From an uncultured delta proteobacterium (GTDB lineage Bacteria; Desulfobacterota; Binatia; UBA9968): a stretch of 64,000 bases of DNA. The stretch is from assembly GCA_963804165.1 (NCBI GenBank), contig CAWDPO010000017.1, forward strand, positions 320,001 to 384,000. The letters run 5' to 3'. Below the pieces are notes generated by a model. That model was not told the origin of the DNA. It saw only the letters and a program-made list of their open reading frames with translations, and did no database searches. Numbering within the stretch: the stretch's first letter is position 1; the number at the start of each line of letters is the position of its first letter. Below are positions 19,608 through 31,118 of this stretch, one piece after another. The translations under genes were made by a program, and so were the position numbers.

Positions 19608-19716
19608 ATTTTAGATTGCCGATTTTGGATTTTGGATTGGGGAGATGAAAATCCAGCAATAAGACACTCGCGTATACTCTCCGACAATCCAAAATCGAAA
19701 ATCTAAAATCCCAAAT
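19608..19716. repeat. heptamer-based inverted-repeat element (intergenic)
   Basis: attttagattgccgattttggattttggatt ... aatccaaaatcgaaaatctaaaatcccaaat. Confidence 0.8.
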
Positions 19717-19726
19717 GGAGTACGCA

Positions 19727-20545
19727 ATGGCGGACGAAAAAGTTTTATACGAAGTCAAAGATAAGATTGCTTGGATCACACTGAATCGGCCGGAATCGTT
19801 GAACGCGGTCAATCGGGACATGGTGAAATCGATTGTCGGTTACTGCCGCGAGGCGAATGAGGATCGCAGCGTTCAGGTCGTAATTTTTAAAGCCAACGGC
19901 GAGCGAGCGTTTTCGGTCGGCGGTGATATTAAGGATCGCGTGCGCGCAAGCGAGGCGGCCGCGACGGTGGAACCGGAGTCGCCGCTGGTGCTGCGCCAAG
20001 CGCGTTCCTCGGCGATTCCCGGCACGCCGGCGCCGGCGATCGCGGCGATTGACAAAATCACCATGGCGTTGCTGCACGGCTACACGGTGGGCACGGGGTT
20101 GTTGATGAGTCTCGCCTGCGATATTCGCATCGCCGCGGAAGGAGCGCGGCTCGGCGTCAGCGAAGTGCGTCTGGGTTTCATGGCGGGCTCCGGCGGCACC
20201 CAGCGCATGGCGCGGCTGATCGGCATTCCGAAAGCGTTGGAAATCTGTCTTTCCGGAGAGCTTTATGACTCCGCGGAATGTCACCGCATCGGCTTGGTGA
20301 ATCAAGTGGTGCCCTACGATCAGCTGATTCCCGCCGGTGAAAAGATGGCTGCGTCGTTCTTGAAGGGCGCGCCGCTGGCGCTGCGCTATATAAAGGAAGC
20401 GATTTACAAAGGCAGCGACATGACGCTGGAGCAGGGACTACGTTATGAGTCCGATCTGCAGAGCATGGTGATGCAGACCGAGGACGCCAAGGAAGGGCCG
20501 AAGGCGTTTGTCGAGAAGCGGCCGGCGGCGTGGAAGGGGAAATAA
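19727..20545 (+). CDS. enoyl-CoA hydratase/isomerase
   Basis: LNRPESLNAVN, SEVRLGFMAGSGGTQRM, EGPKAFVEKR; paralogue of the upstream gene. Confidence 0.92.
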   Translation: MADEKVLYEVKDKIAWITLNRPESLNAVNRDMVKSIVGYCREANEDRSVQVVIFKANGERAFSVGGDIKDRVRASEAAATVEPESPLVLRQARSSAIPGTPAPAIAAIDKITMALLHGYTVGTGLLMSLACDIRIAAEGARLGVSEVRLGFMAGSGGTQRMARLIGIPKALEICLSGELYDSAECHRIGLVNQVVPYDQLIPAGEKMAASFLKGAPLALRYIKEAIYKGSDMTLEQGLRYESDLQSMVMQTEDAKEGPKAFVEKRPAAWKGK

Positions 20546-20549
20546 GATA

Positions 20550-20653
20550 GTTCAAGGTTCAAGGGTTCAAGGTTCAAAGTCAGAGTGCCACGGTTGACAT
20601 TGCCATCGGATCGGGTTTCCGACCTTGAACTTTGAACGCTTGAACCTTTGAAC
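20550..20653. repeat. free intergenic GTTCAA/TTGAAC palindromic element
   Basis: Four GTTCAA units, about 45 nt spacer, four TTGAAC units. Confidence 0.85.
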
Positions 20654-20717
20654 ATTCTGCGAATGCGCAAAGGGTTTGGTTTGCGGCCGTAAACCCAATA
20701 GTCAGGTAGAAGTAACC

Positions 20718-22256
20718 ATGGGCACAAGTATCCCAATGCTGATGGGCGACGGATTGCGTCGCAATGCGTGGAAGTATCCGCTCAAAGTTGCCGCGAAAGA
20801 CCGGTCCGGGCAAATCACCTACGGCGAGCTCAACGCGCGCGTGAATCGGCTGGCACACGGGCTGCTTTCGCTCGGGGTGCGCAAGGGCGACGCGGTGGCG
20901 TTGTCGGTGGGGAATCGGATCGAGCATTTGGAAATCATTTTCGCCATCGCCAAGATCGGCGCACTCGCGATTCCTCTCGATGTTAAATGGAAGGCGCTGG
21001 AGCTCGCATCGGTGGTTTCGGCGTTCGAGCCGCGATTCATCATTCTTCAGGAAAACTGCGCCGATGAATTCGCCAAGGCAAAAGAACTCAAGGATCTGGG
21101 TTTTCTCAAACCGGTGTCGCTGTCGTCCGACCGAAGTTATGGCGGGCTTCTCGTCGGCCAGAGTCCGGAGGAGCCCGACGTCAATGTGAGCGAAGACGAT
21201 CCGTTTGCCGTTATGCTCACGTCAGGAACCACAGGATTTCCCAAAGGCTGTCTGACGACACAGCGGACATTTGTTTTTCACTGTATCAATAACGCGATCG
21301 AAAAGGGCTTGGGCGCGCATGATACCGCGATTCTCTCGTCGCCGATCTACTTCAACGCCGGCCGCTCGTTCACGATCGGGATTATCTACTTCGGCGGCAC
21401 GATGATCTTGCACGAACGTTTCGACGCCGAGGAGGTTTTACGGACCGTCGAGCGCGAAAAAGTAACCTACATCGGCGCGGTGCCGACGATGTGCGAGCGC
21501 ATGCTACATGTCTTGGAATCCAAGAAATACGACACGAGCACACTGCGCTGTCTCGCGATTACCGGCGGCAAGGTTCATCCGGCGGTGCTCGAGCGCTTGA
21601 AGAAAGAAATTACGCCGAACATTTACCGCACCTACGCTTCGACGGATTCGGGGCAGATGGCGATTTCGAAGCCCGGCGATATGGACGCAAAGCCGAATTC
21701 CGCGGGTCGGCCGGTCTGGTGTGTAGATCTGCGGATTGTCGACGACGCCAACCATTCCATGAAAGTCGGTGAAGTCGGCGAGATCATCTGTCAGAGTCCG
21801 CTCGCAACCCACGGCTATTACAAGAACGCCGAAGCAACCAACGCTTCGTTCCGGGACGGCTGGTTTTACACAGGCGACCTCGGCTATTTCGATGAAGACG
21901 GTTACCTCTTCGTCGCCGGCCGCAAGAAAGACATGGTAAAGAGCGGCGGCATCAGCGTTTACCCGTTGGAGATCGAAAGTGTCATCTACAGCCACCCGGC
22001 GATCCTGGAGGCCGCCGTCATCGGTGTACCCGATCCGCAGTGGGGCGAGGCTGTGAAAGCGGTAGTGGTTATCAAACCGGACGCGAATCTTGAAGCGAAA
22101 GACCTGCTCGGCTTCTGCAAGGAGCGGCTGTCGGCGTACAAAGTGCCCAAGTCGGTTGAGTTTCGTTCCTCGCTACCGCACACGGAAGTCGGTAAGGTCA
22201 ATAAAGTTAAATTGAAGGAAATGATTCTAGCAGGAAGCGAAAGCTTGAAAAGCTGA
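20718..22256 (+). CDS. AMP-binding acyl-CoA synthetase
   Basis: TSGTTGFPKG, GWFYTGDLG, GRKKDMVKSGG, YKVPK motifs. Confidence 0.93.
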   Translation: MGTSIPMLMGDGLRRNAWKYPLKVAAKDRSGQITYGELNARVNRLAHGLLSLGVRKGDAVALSVGNRIEHLEIIFAIAKIGALAIPLDVKWKALELASVVSAFEPRFIILQENCADEFAKAKELKDLGFLKPVSLSSDRSYGGLLVGQSPEEPDVNVSEDDPFAVMLTSGTTGFPKGCLTTQRTFVFHCINNAIEKGLGAHDTAILSSPIYFNAGRSFTIGIIYFGGTMILHERFDAEEVLRTVEREKVTYIGAVPTMCERMLHVLESKKYDTSTLRCLAITGGKVHPAVLERLKKEITPNIYRTYASTDSGQMAISKPGDMDAKPNSAGRPVWCVDLRIVDDANHSMKVGEVGEIICQSPLATHGYYKNAEATNASFRDGWFYTGDLGYFDEDGYLFVAGRKKDMVKSGGISVYPLEIESVIYSHPAILEAAVIGVPDPQWGEAVKAVVVIKPDANLEAKDLLGFCKERLSAYKVPKSVEFRSSLPHTEVGKVNKVKLKEMILAGSESLKS

Positions 22257-22463
22257 TCGCGAGAGCTTGGGGAGATTTTTCGTCGGGCGAGACTGTGTGA
22301 AAACACGTTCATGGTTGGATTGGGCTCACTGCGAACGGTGTGGTTTAACGGAAAAATGAGTATTTATCCGTTCGCCCGGAGCAGCAAAAGGGTGCGAAGC
22401 GTTGAACGGACCATTGGCGGCTGTAGGAATATTAGATCATCGCAACTGAAAGGAGACCTGATC

Positions 22464-23546
22464 ATGAAGTTTCTAGGCGGAGCTTGGTTATTCCTTTTTT
22501 CCGGATTGGTTTTGCTTGTTGCTCCTGCTTTCGCGGCGGAAAAGGCATTTTACCAAGGAAAGACTATAACTTTCCTGATTAACTTTTCCGCCGGCGGCCC
22601 GACTGATATCGAAGGCAGAATCGTGGCGCGCCATCTCGCCCGGCATATTCCCGGAAATCCGACGATCGTGGTGCAAAATATGTCCGGTGCGGGCGGAGTC
22701 ACGGGCATTAATTTTCTCGGCGAGAAGGCTAAGCAAGACGCTCTCACGCTGGGCTATTTTACCGGGCCCTACAATCACCACATGATGAAAAGTTCGACGT
22801 TGAGGATCGATCTGATGAAGGTGCCGTTCATCGCTGCGGTGGGGAGCGTGACGGTCTGCTACATACGGTCCGATGTTCCGCCGGGGATCAAGAAACCCAC
22901 GGACATCGCCAAAGCGGAGCGTTTCAGAGCCGGCGGCTTGTCATTCGACAGCAACAAGGACCTGCGTTTCCGGCTTGCCTTCGACATCCTTGGACTCAAG
23001 TACGATTACGTGACCGGTTACAACAGCAGCAACGACGCGCGGCTGGCTGTGCAGCGCAACGAGATTCAATACCATGATGAAAACATTCCGGGATACCGCG
23101 GCGTCGTCGAGCCGCAACTGGTGAAGACCGGCATTGTCACGCCGCTCTACTATCACGATGTCGTCAAACCCGATGGGACCATGGGAAAGAGCCCGGACTA
23201 CCCCGAGCTCAATTCATTTACCGAGGTGTACATGCAAATTCACGGCAACGCGCCGACCGGGATCAAATACGAAGTGCTCAAAGCGGCGAATATGGCCAGC
23301 CAGAATCTCAGCCGCGTGGCTTTGTTGCCGCCGAATTCTCCCAAAGAAGCGGTCGTTGCAGTGCGGCAGGCTTTTGCTTCGCTTTCCAAGGACGAAGAAT
23401 TCCTCGCGGAAGGTAAGAAGGTCATGCGCTTCCAGCCGCGCTTTGAGGTCGGCGAAGATGGCGAGAGACTCCGGGAAAGGGTGCTGAAGGCGCCCCCGGA
23501 GGTTGTCGATTTCGTGCGGCAATTTATCGAGCAGGCGAGGAAATAA
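22464..23546 (+). CDS. tctC: TctC/Bug-like substrate-binding protein (divergent)
   Basis: FYQGKTI..GGPTD..RHIPGNPTIVVQNMSGAGG; AAGGAG RBS. Confidence 0.85.
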   Translation: MKFLGGAWLFLFSGLVLLVAPAFAAEKAFYQGKTITFLINFSAGGPTDIEGRIVARHLARHIPGNPTIVVQNMSGAGGVTGINFLGEKAKQDALTLGYFTGPYNHHMMKSSTLRIDLMKVPFIAAVGSVTVCYIRSDVPPGIKKPTDIAKAERFRAGGLSFDSNKDLRFRLAFDILGLKYDYVTGYNSSNDARLAVQRNEIQYHDENIPGYRGVVEPQLVKTGIVTPLYYHDVVKPDGTMGKSPDYPELNSFTEVYMQIHGNAPTGIKYEVLKAANMASQNLSRVALLPPNSPKEAVVAVRQAFASLSKDEEFLAEGKKVMRFQPRFEVGEDGERLRERVLKAPPEVVDFVRQFIEQARK

Positions 23547-23595
23547 TTGGCTTGCAGGAATTCATCAAGCATGAACGAAAGGTGATACATCACGG

Positions 23596-24465
23596 ATGAA
23601 TCTAGAACCGAGACGACGATACTTTGATCATGATGGATTGCGATTGCATTATTGGGAGTGGGGCGATGCCAGTGCGGAGACGTACATTTTCGTTCACGGC
23701 GTGCGCGACCAGGGACGGAGCTGGGATCATTTTCTCGACGCATTGCTCAAGCGCGGCGTGCCGATCCAGCACGCCGTCGCCATCGACCTTCGAGGCCACG
23801 GCGACAGCGACTGGCCGGGCACCAGCCGCGGTTATCAGCACGAGGATTTTCTCTCCGACCTGGCCGGATTGCTCAAACATCTCGACAAGGAACCGATAAC
23901 TCTCATCGGTCACTCGCTCGGCGGCAGCATGTGTCTGCTCTACGCCGCGGCGTTTCCAGAAAAAGTGCAGCGCATGGTGCTGCTCGAATCGCTCGGCCCG
24001 TTCGCGCGCGCCGACGACGAGGTGCCGAACATTATCGCTGAGAGATTGAAAGGTCGCGACTACGTCGAGATTCCCTTTCCCCATGAAACGCTGGAGTCCG
24101 CTGCCAAGTCGCTGCAAAAAACCTTTCCACTGATTCCCGACGCCGCGGCGCTGCACATGGCGTGCCACGGCACGAGCTTCAAAGGCGGACGATACCGCTG
24201 GAAGCACGATCCGATCCTGCGCTACCGCACGACGACCGCGATGTCGGAAGGACAGATCGAAGCGTTTATCCGACGGTTGAAATGTCCGATCCTGTTTGTC
24301 TACGGCACTGAGAGCGATTTCATGAAATCCGTGCGCGGCCACCGCGCGCAACTTTTTCCCAACGCCAAGATCGTTCCAGTCGAAGGCGCCGGCCATCACA
24401 TTCCGCATGAGAAGCCGGAGGAATTGGCGGAGATCGTCGTGCCGTTCTTAATCAGCGGGGAATAG
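23596..24465 (+). CDS. alpha/beta hydrolase
   Basis: FVHG, DLRGHGDS, GHSLGG nucleophile elbow, GAGHH. Confidence 0.92.
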   Translation: MNLEPRRRYFDHDGLRLHYWEWGDASAETYIFVHGVRDQGRSWDHFLDALLKRGVPIQHAVAIDLRGHGDSDWPGTSRGYQHEDFLSDLAGLLKHLDKEPITLIGHSLGGSMCLLYAAAFPEKVQRMVLLESLGPFARADDEVPNIIAERLKGRDYVEIPFPHETLESAAKSLQKTFPLIPDAAALHMACHGTSFKGGRYRWKHDPILRYRTTTAMSEGQIEAFIRRLKCPILFVYGTESDFMKSVRGHRAQLFPNAKIVPVEGAGHHIPHEKPEELAEIVVPFLISGE

Positions 24466-24468
24466 CTC

Positions 24469-24586
24469 GTTCCAGACGTTCCAATCGTTCCAGCGGTTCC
24501 AGTCGTCTCGGAAGAATACATTGCTTATGTTATCTTCACGTCTTGTCCACGAGTGGAACGTTTGGAACCATTGGAACGACTGGAAC
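24469..24586. repeat. GTTCCA/TGGAAC 9-nt-period palindromic element
   Basis: gttccagacgttccaatcgttccagcggttccag ... tggaacgtttggaaccattggaacgactggaac; similar paired copy near 34613-34693, single arms near 43913-43951 and 53532-53570. Confidence 0.75.
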
Positions 24587-24609
24587 CACCAGTAACGAGC
24601 GAGGTGACT

Positions 24610-25062
24610 ATGTATCTGTCAGCGCAGAAAATTGCCGCAATGGAAGGCGTGCGTAGAGTCCACAATCTGAATCCGGCGGCGATTCGGATAGACAAGTCCC
24701 TCGGTGACGAAGTTGGCTTAACAAACATCGGTATTCATCTAATCACGATCGCGCCGGGGGATAAATCGACGGAATTTCATTCGCATAAGTACGAAGAAGA
24801 AGCGATTTACGTGTTGTCGGGTCATGGGACCGAAGTCATGGGCGATACGAGCCAAAAGATCGGGCCGGGAGATTTCATCGGCTTTCCCGCGGGCGGCGTC
24901 GCGCATGAGACGATCAACGACGGTTCAGAGCCGTTGGTTTGTCTCGTGATCGGACAGCGACTGGCACAGGATGTCGTCGACTATCCGCGCAAGGGCAAGC
25001 GGCTCTACCGCAACAGCGGGCAGCGGGATTTGGTTGACGTCGCCAATGTGGCAAAGCGCTAA
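24610..25062 (+). CDS. cupin-domain protein
   Basis: FHSHKYEEEAIYVLSG and GDFIGFPAGGVAH motifs; GAGGTG RBS. Confidence 0.9.
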   Translation: MYLSAQKIAAMEGVRRVHNLNPAAIRIDKSLGDEVGLTNIGIHLITIAPGDKSTEFHSHKYEEEAIYVLSGHGTEVMGDTSQKIGPGDFIGFPAGGVAHETINDGSEPLVCLVIGQRLAQDVVDYPRKGKRLYRNSGQRDLVDVANVAKR

Positions 25063-25099
25063 GTGTGCTTGCTCACGTTTCCCAAGAGAGGCTTAAGCC

Positions 25100-26065
25100 G
25101 TGCTGATCAACTGCGTCGCGTACCGTGACGGAAAAAAACTGGCTGATATTCCGGTCAGCCAGATTCATCTGTTCGTTAACGAGCCCGGCTGCTTCGTCTG
25201 GGTAGCCATTAAGGATCCTGATCCCGGGGAACTCGAAGCGATGCAGAAGGAATTCGGTCTGCACGACCTCGCCGTCGAGGACGCGCAGCACGGCCATCAG
25301 CGGCCGAAAATCGACGAGTACGGCCAGTCGCTTTTCATCGTCCTGCATATGATTGAAAGCAGCGGCGAGGAATTGAACGTCGGCGAAGTCTGCATCTTTG
25401 TCGACAGCAATTACGTTCTCTCGGTCCGGCACCGATCGCAACAAGGATTTGTCGACGTGCGCAAGCGATGTGAACAGGAGCCTGAACTGTTGCGTCACGG
25501 CTCGGCTTATGTGCTGTACGCGTTGATGGACGCGGTGGTGGACCGCTATTTTCCCGTGCTCGATGCCATCGAGACGGAGTTGGAACAGGTCGAGGATCGC
25601 ATTTTTGCCAAGCAAACCGAACGGGCGAGCATCGAAGCGCTCTATTGCATCAAGCAAAAGCTCATGACGCTGAAGCATGCGACCGAGCCGCTGCTCGAAG
25701 CGATGGGCAGGCTGCACGGTGGGCGGGTGCCGCAGCTCTGCGCCGGTCTGCAGGATTACTTTCGGGATGTTTCGGATCATCTGGTCCGATTGAGTCAGTC
25801 CATCGAGAGCCTGCGCGAAATGGTGACGACGGCGGTTTCGGCCAGCTTGTCGTTGATTACTTTGCAAGAAAATGAAGTGACCAAGCGTCTCGCGGCGTAT
25901 GCCGCGCTGGTGGCCGTGCCGACTTTGATCGCCGGCATCTACGGCATGAATTTGAGCACATGCCGGAAATCCAGTGGCAGCATGGCTACCCGGTATGCAC
26001 TTATCTCCATGGTCGTCATCGATCTTTTTCTCTTCTATCGCTTTCGCAAAGCGAAGTGGCTGTAA
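25100..26065 (+). CDS. corA: magnesium/cobalt transporter CorA
   Basis: LHDLAVEDA..HQRPKI, GIYGMN signature; two compensating indels near 25951 and 25991 scramble the expected NFEHMPEIQWQHGYPY. Confidence 0.92.
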   Translation: MLINCVAYRDGKKLADIPVSQIHLFVNEPGCFVWVAIKDPDPGELEAMQKEFGLHDLAVEDAQHGHQRPKIDEYGQSLFIVLHMIESSGEELNVGEVCIFVDSNYVLSVRHRSQQGFVDVRKRCEQEPELLRHGSAYVLYALMDAVVDRYFPVLDAIETELEQVEDRIFAKQTERASIEALYCIKQKLMTLKHATEPLLEAMGRLHGGRVPQLCAGLQDYFRDVSDHLVRLSQSIESLREMVTTAVSASLSLITLQENEVTKRLAAYAALVAVPTLIAGIYGMNLSTCRKSSGSMATRYALISMVVIDLFLFYRFRKAKWL

Positions 26066-26149
26066 GGTTCAGTTTCAGAGGTTCAGTATGCGATTGTGCG
26101 GCATTCCTTCGGAAAATCTCCCCTTCCTTTCTCTGACGCCGTGCCGCGA

Positions 26150-26252
26150 TGTCATCCTGAGGCCCTTCGATGTTCTCAGGATAAACTCCGCCGAAGGATC
26201 TCGGCTTTGTAAGTCGGGCATGCGAGATTCTTCGCTGACGCTCAGAATGACA
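26150..26252. repeat. TGTCAT...ATGACA REP-like paired element
   Basis: tgtcatcctgag...gaaggatctc...gagattcttcg...ctcagaatgaca; related copies at 28535-28617, 31150-31218, 32314-32387, 53757-53867 and 55180-55241. Confidence 0.8.
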
Positions 26253-26414
26253 TCGAAGCGACTTTCTTCCCTGCGATACGATCTTATTTTCAAAAAGGGC
26301 TAGTGCCTCGCGGAGACTCTCGATCATACGCAGACATTAGTTTTTCGTCCCATTGCGTTTGATGACTCACCTCAAGTTCTGATAGGGAACACGATAGATA
26401 TGGGGAGGACGGTT

Positions 26415-27233
26415 ATGGCTGAACTGACGACGGTTCTACAAAAGATCGATGAAGCGAGCGGGGTCGCTTGGTTGACGTTCAACCGGCCGGAGAAAAAAAA
26501 CGCCATGAGCCAGAAGTTCATGGCGGAATTGATCGCTGCGTTGAAAGAATTGGCCGAGAACGACAAGATCAAGTGCGTCGTGACGACCGGCTCGGGCGAC
26601 TCGTATTCCTCGGGGCTCGATCTTTATGATCTGCGCGAGTCGTGGAAGCGCAAACGAAATTGGGAACACGCCGGCACGACGTACGAGATCGTCAGGCTGC
26701 TGCGCAACATGCCGCAGGTTACGGTGGCGGCCGTGCGCGGCTGGTGTCTCGGCGGCGGTTTGGCGCTGATCAACGGTCACGATCTGTGCATCGCGGCGGA
26801 GTCGGCAAAGTTCGGCATGCCGGAGGTGATCCGCGGCAGTTACGGCGCGGTGGCGACTTCGACGCTGTTCCACAGCGGTATTCCGATCAAGAAGGCCTTT
26901 TATATTCAACTGACGGGGCGCAATCTCACCGCAGCGCAGGCCGAGCGGATCGGACTCGTCTCCGAGGTCGTGCCGGACGATCAGTTGGTGGAGAACGTCG
27001 AACAGCTGGCCAAAGAACTGGGCAGCCGCAACGCCGTGACCTTGGAGAGCGCGAAGATCGCCGCCTACATGCAGAAGGATATGGATTTTCAGATGGCGCT
27101 CAAGACGGATGACCTGGTGTCGCACCGCATGCGTTACTACACCAATCCGCTGAACGACGTGGAAGGTTATCTCCATTCGCAAAAGGGCGGCGGCACGACT
27201 GGGTATGTCAAGCCGGAGGATCGGAAGAAATAG
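26415..27233 (+). CDS. enoyl-CoA hydratase/isomerase family protein
   Basis: FNRPEKKNAMS, SSGLDL, GWCLGGG, FGMPE. Confidence 0.9.
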   Translation: MAELTTVLQKIDEASGVAWLTFNRPEKKNAMSQKFMAELIAALKELAENDKIKCVVTTGSGDSYSSGLDLYDLRESWKRKRNWEHAGTTYEIVRLLRNMPQVTVAAVRGWCLGGGLALINGHDLCIAAESAKFGMPEVIRGSYGAVATSTLFHSGIPIKKAFYIQLTGRNLTAAQAERIGLVSEVVPDDQLVENVEQLAKELGSRNAVTLESAKIAAYMQKDMDFQMALKTDDLVSHRMRYYTNPLNDVEGYLHSQKGGGTTGYVKPEDRKK

Positions 27234-27332
27234 ATTTGTTCAAGGGTTCAAGGTTCAAAAGTTCAAGGGTTGTCGGAAGCAACGGTGGCTTACCATTGAG
27301 TCAGCCCTGGGCTCTCGACATTGGAGGATTGT

Positions 27333-28463
27333 ATGTCTTTGCACACGCCTTTATGCGATCTGCTCGGCATTCAGGTGCCGATCATTCAAGCCGGCATGGG
27401 CTGGGACAAAGAAGGTTTGACGACCCCGCCGGCGTTGGTCGCCGCGGTGTCGAATGCCGGTGGCTTGGGTTGCATCGGCGGCAGCTCGATACGACCCGAA
27501 GTCATCCGCGAACGTATCCGCGCGGTTCGGCAGCTGACGGACAAGCCCTTCGGCGTCGATATCACGTTGCCGAAAATGGAAGATGTGAGAATTCCCGACC
27601 CAGACGAAGTGCACAAAGAGATCCAGGAAAAATTTCCCAAGCACGCCAAGTTCAACGATGAGTTGATTCCTAAACTCGGCTTAACGCCGCAGCCGCCGGA
27701 CCGAAAGAGCTGGGTCAAGACGCCGGCAGCAACACGCGAGCAGCTCAGAGTGATTCTCGAAGAGAACGTGCCGATCTTAATCATCGGTCTGGGCGATACC
27801 GCCGAAGTCGTTCCCCTAGCGCATGAGCGCGGCATCAAAGTCATGGCGCTTGCCGGCGCGGTCAAGCATGCGCTCAGTCATGCGCGCAAAGGCGCCGATG
27901 TAATTATCGCCCAGGGCTATGAGGCGGGCGGCCACACCGGAACCATCGGCAACTTTCCCTTGATTCCGCAGATCGTCGACGCTGTGAGACCGAAGCCCGT
28001 GGTCGCCGCCGGTGGCATTTCCGATGGCCGTGGCGTGGCGGCGGCACTGGCCTTAGGTGCCGTCGGTGTCTGGTGCGGTACGACATTCCTGGTGACGCGA
28101 GAAGGCGGTATCAATCCGATTTATAAAAAGCAGATTCTCAATGGCAGCTCGGAAGACTTTGTTCGTACGGCCTACACCAGTGGCCATTTCGCGCGCCACT
28201 ATCGCAGCGATGTCATCAAGGCCTGGATGAGCTCAGGGCTTGAGGCGATGCCGACGCCCTACCAGGGTAACGCGATGGACGAAGTGCGGCGCGCGGCCGA
28301 AGCGGCGGATCGTGTCGATCTTTTGCACGTCCCTGGCGGACAGGTTGCTGGAATGTTGAGCGAAGAGCGGAACAACGTCCCCGCCAGGGAGATCGTCGAA
28401 CGCATGGTTACAGAGGCGGCGCAGATCTTGAACGATATGCGCAGCCGATACGTGGGAGCGTAA
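27333..28463 (+). CDS. nitronate monooxygenase / FabK-like FMN oxidoreductase
   Basis: PIIQAGMG, AAVSNAGGLG, QGYEAGGHTG, AAGGISDGRG. Confidence 0.9.
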   Translation: MSLHTPLCDLLGIQVPIIQAGMGWDKEGLTTPPALVAAVSNAGGLGCIGGSSIRPEVIRERIRAVRQLTDKPFGVDITLPKMEDVRIPDPDEVHKEIQEKFPKHAKFNDELIPKLGLTPQPPDRKSWVKTPAATREQLRVILEENVPILIIGLGDTAEVVPLAHERGIKVMALAGAVKHALSHARKGADVIIAQGYEAGGHTGTIGNFPLIPQIVDAVRPKPVVAAGGISDGRGVAAALALGAVGVWCGTTFLVTREGGINPIYKKQILNGSSEDFVRTAYTSGHFARHYRSDVIKAWMSSGLEAMPTPYQGNAMDEVRRAAEAADRVDLLHVPGGQVAGMLSEERNNVPAREIVERMVTEAAQILNDMRSRYVGA

Positions 28464-28738
28464 GGGACGCAGTCGCACTAGGAAATTCCCCCTTTGCCAA
28501 GCAGGCTTTATCGCAATGGGAGAAAATCCCATGGTGTCATGCTGAGCGGCGCGAAGCATCTCGCATTTTCAGCTACCGACGAAGACGAGATCCTTCGGCG
28601 ATCGCCTCAGGAAGACATTTTGACGAAATTTCCAAATCGGGACTATCCCGCCAGTGCAAAGAATTAACCCTCGTTGAAAAGATGGGCGAGGGGAGATTTT
28701 CGACGAGAATCATCAACGATGGATTATAAGGAAGAACT

Positions 28739-31118
28739 ATGAGCGAGCCATTTCTCAAAGGATATCGAGCACTGGATCTCACCGGTTTGAGCGGCCAATT
28801 GTGCGGCCGCATTCTCGCCGACTTGGGTATGGAAGTGATCAAGATCGAACCGCCGGGCGGCGATCCGGTGCGCAACTTGGCGCCGTTCATTACTTCTGCA
28901 AATGGCGCCAAACTCAGCACGACGTTCGCGCATCTGAATGCCGGCAAAGCCAGCAAAGTTTTAGATCTCGATAAGGAAGCTGATCGCGCGACATTGCGCA
29001 AACTCGTTGAAACTGCCGATGTCGTGCTGGAAAGTTTTCAACCGGGTGAGTTGGCGGCGAAGGGCCTCGATTACAGCAACTTGGCGCAGATTAATCCCGG
29101 CATCGTCATGGCGTCGATCACGGGCTTCGGTCAGACGGGTCCGAAGAAAAATTTGGCGTGCAATGATCTCGTCGCGCTGGCGGAGAGCGGGTTTCTTTAC
29201 ATCTCCGGCGATCCGTCGCTGCCGCCGGTGCGGCCGCCGGAAACTCAGGCGTATTATTTTGGCAGTCTGTTCGCCACGGCCGGCGTGCTCGCCGCGCTTT
29301 ACCGGCGCGAGCGCACCGGGCAGGGCGATCACGTCGACGCGTCGATGCAGGAAGCGCTGGCGACGCAGGAGCATATCATTCGTCTCTGGGCCAACGAGCA
29401 ACAGATCGCCAAGCGCGCCGGCAGCCAGCACGGTTCAGTGGCGCCGGCGAAAATTTTTCCCTGCAAGGACGGGTACGTTTATCTTTACGTGACGCGCCAG
29501 CATTGGAAGTTATTCTTATCCGTTTGGAAGGATCATCCCGCCACGTTCGACACGCCGGATTGGCTCAACAATCTTTATCGCCGCGCTCACGCGGACGAGC
29601 TCAATCCCGCGGTGGAGGCTTTTCTCGGCAAATTTACCAGGGCCGAGATCACCGAGTTCCTGCAGACGAAGGGTATTCCCTGCGTGCCGGTGAACACGCC
29701 GATGGGGTTTGCCAATGACGAGCAAGTGCAAAGCCGCGGCTTCATGGCGCCCGTGGAGCATGCCGGTTTCGGCAGCACCAAACAGCCGGCGATGCCGTTC
29801 GTGATCGACGGCGCTCGGCCCGCCGTTGGGAGCGTGCCGGTGCTGGATAGTTGGCGCGACAGCGGCGAGAAGCGCAACGCGCCGCGCGAAATCGAATTCA
29901 GGCGCAAACAGCGGCACGGCTCCGCTCAACGGCATGCGCATCGTCAGCTTCGATCACGTGCTTGCCGGGCCTTACGGCACGACGATCTTGGCCGAGCTCG
30001 GCGCCGATGTGATCAAAGTCGAATCGAGCAAGGGCGGCATGGATCCGTTTCGCTTTTTCGGCACCGGCGAAGATCCCAATCTTTCGCCGCGCTTTCTCGA
30101 GTTCAACCGTAACAAGCGCTCTTTTACAGTCAACCTCAAACATCCCAAGGGACAAGGAGTGCTGCACGACTTGGTCGCTAAATCCGACGCCGTGTTGGAC
30201 AACTACAGCGTCGATGTCGTGGAGCGGATTGGCTTGGCTTATGATCAGCTATGCCGAGTGAAGCCGGACATCGTCAACCTGCGTATGCCCGGTCTCGGCA
30301 CCACCGGACCCAAACGCCACTTCTCGACCGTCGGCGTGAATATCACCTCGTTCACCGGGCTCACTTACATGTGGAATCATCCGGGCGTAACCAACCCGCC
30401 GATCGGTTCGCAGACGGTGTTTCCGGATTATGTCTCCGGCGTATTGTGCGCGATCATTATTATTTCCGGCGTGCTGCATCGCGACCGGCAGAAAAAGGGC
30501 GCGTTCATCGATCTGGCGCAATCTGAAGCGACGGCGTTCATGATCGGCGCAAATCTCATGGAAGCGGCGTCGAGCGGAATAAATCCCGAGCCGATCGGCA
30601 ATGTTTCGGTGTCCGTGGCGCCGCATGGTTGTTATCCATGCAAAGGTGAGGACCGCTGGTGCGTGATTGCCGCGGAGAACGAACAGCAATGGGCGGCGTT
30701 GGCAAAAATCTTGGGCACCGGCGTGGCGGGAAATCCACGCTTCACGACCAATGCGGAGCGGCTGCAAAATCGCGACGCTTTGGACAGCATTATCGAGCAA
30801 TGGACGAAGAACAAAGACGCCTTCGCGATGCGCGAGCAACTGCAAGAAGCCGGTATCCCTTGCGGCGTCGTGCAGACCGGCGAAGATTTAGTCAACGATC
30901 CGCAATTGCAAGCACGCGGCTTCATCGTCGCCGTCGACAATGCGCGACTGGGCAAAGTGGTGTTGCCGAATTTTCCTCTGCAATTTACCAACGCCAAACT
31001 GACTCGGCGATGGGAATTCCCGGTGCTCGGGAGAGATACCGAAACGGTATTGCACGACGTGGTCGGCTACGACAGCGAGAGAATTGCGGCGCTCAAGCAA
31101 GAGGGTGCGTTGGAATAG
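28739..31118 (+). CDS. fused two-domain CoA-transferase family III (CaiB/BaiF), frameshift near 29885
   Basis: Domain 1: LADLGMEVIKIEPPGGD, NAGKAS. Domain 2: APLNGMRIV..AGPY..LAELGADVIKVES, NRNKRS. No RBS before domain 2. Confidence 0.85.
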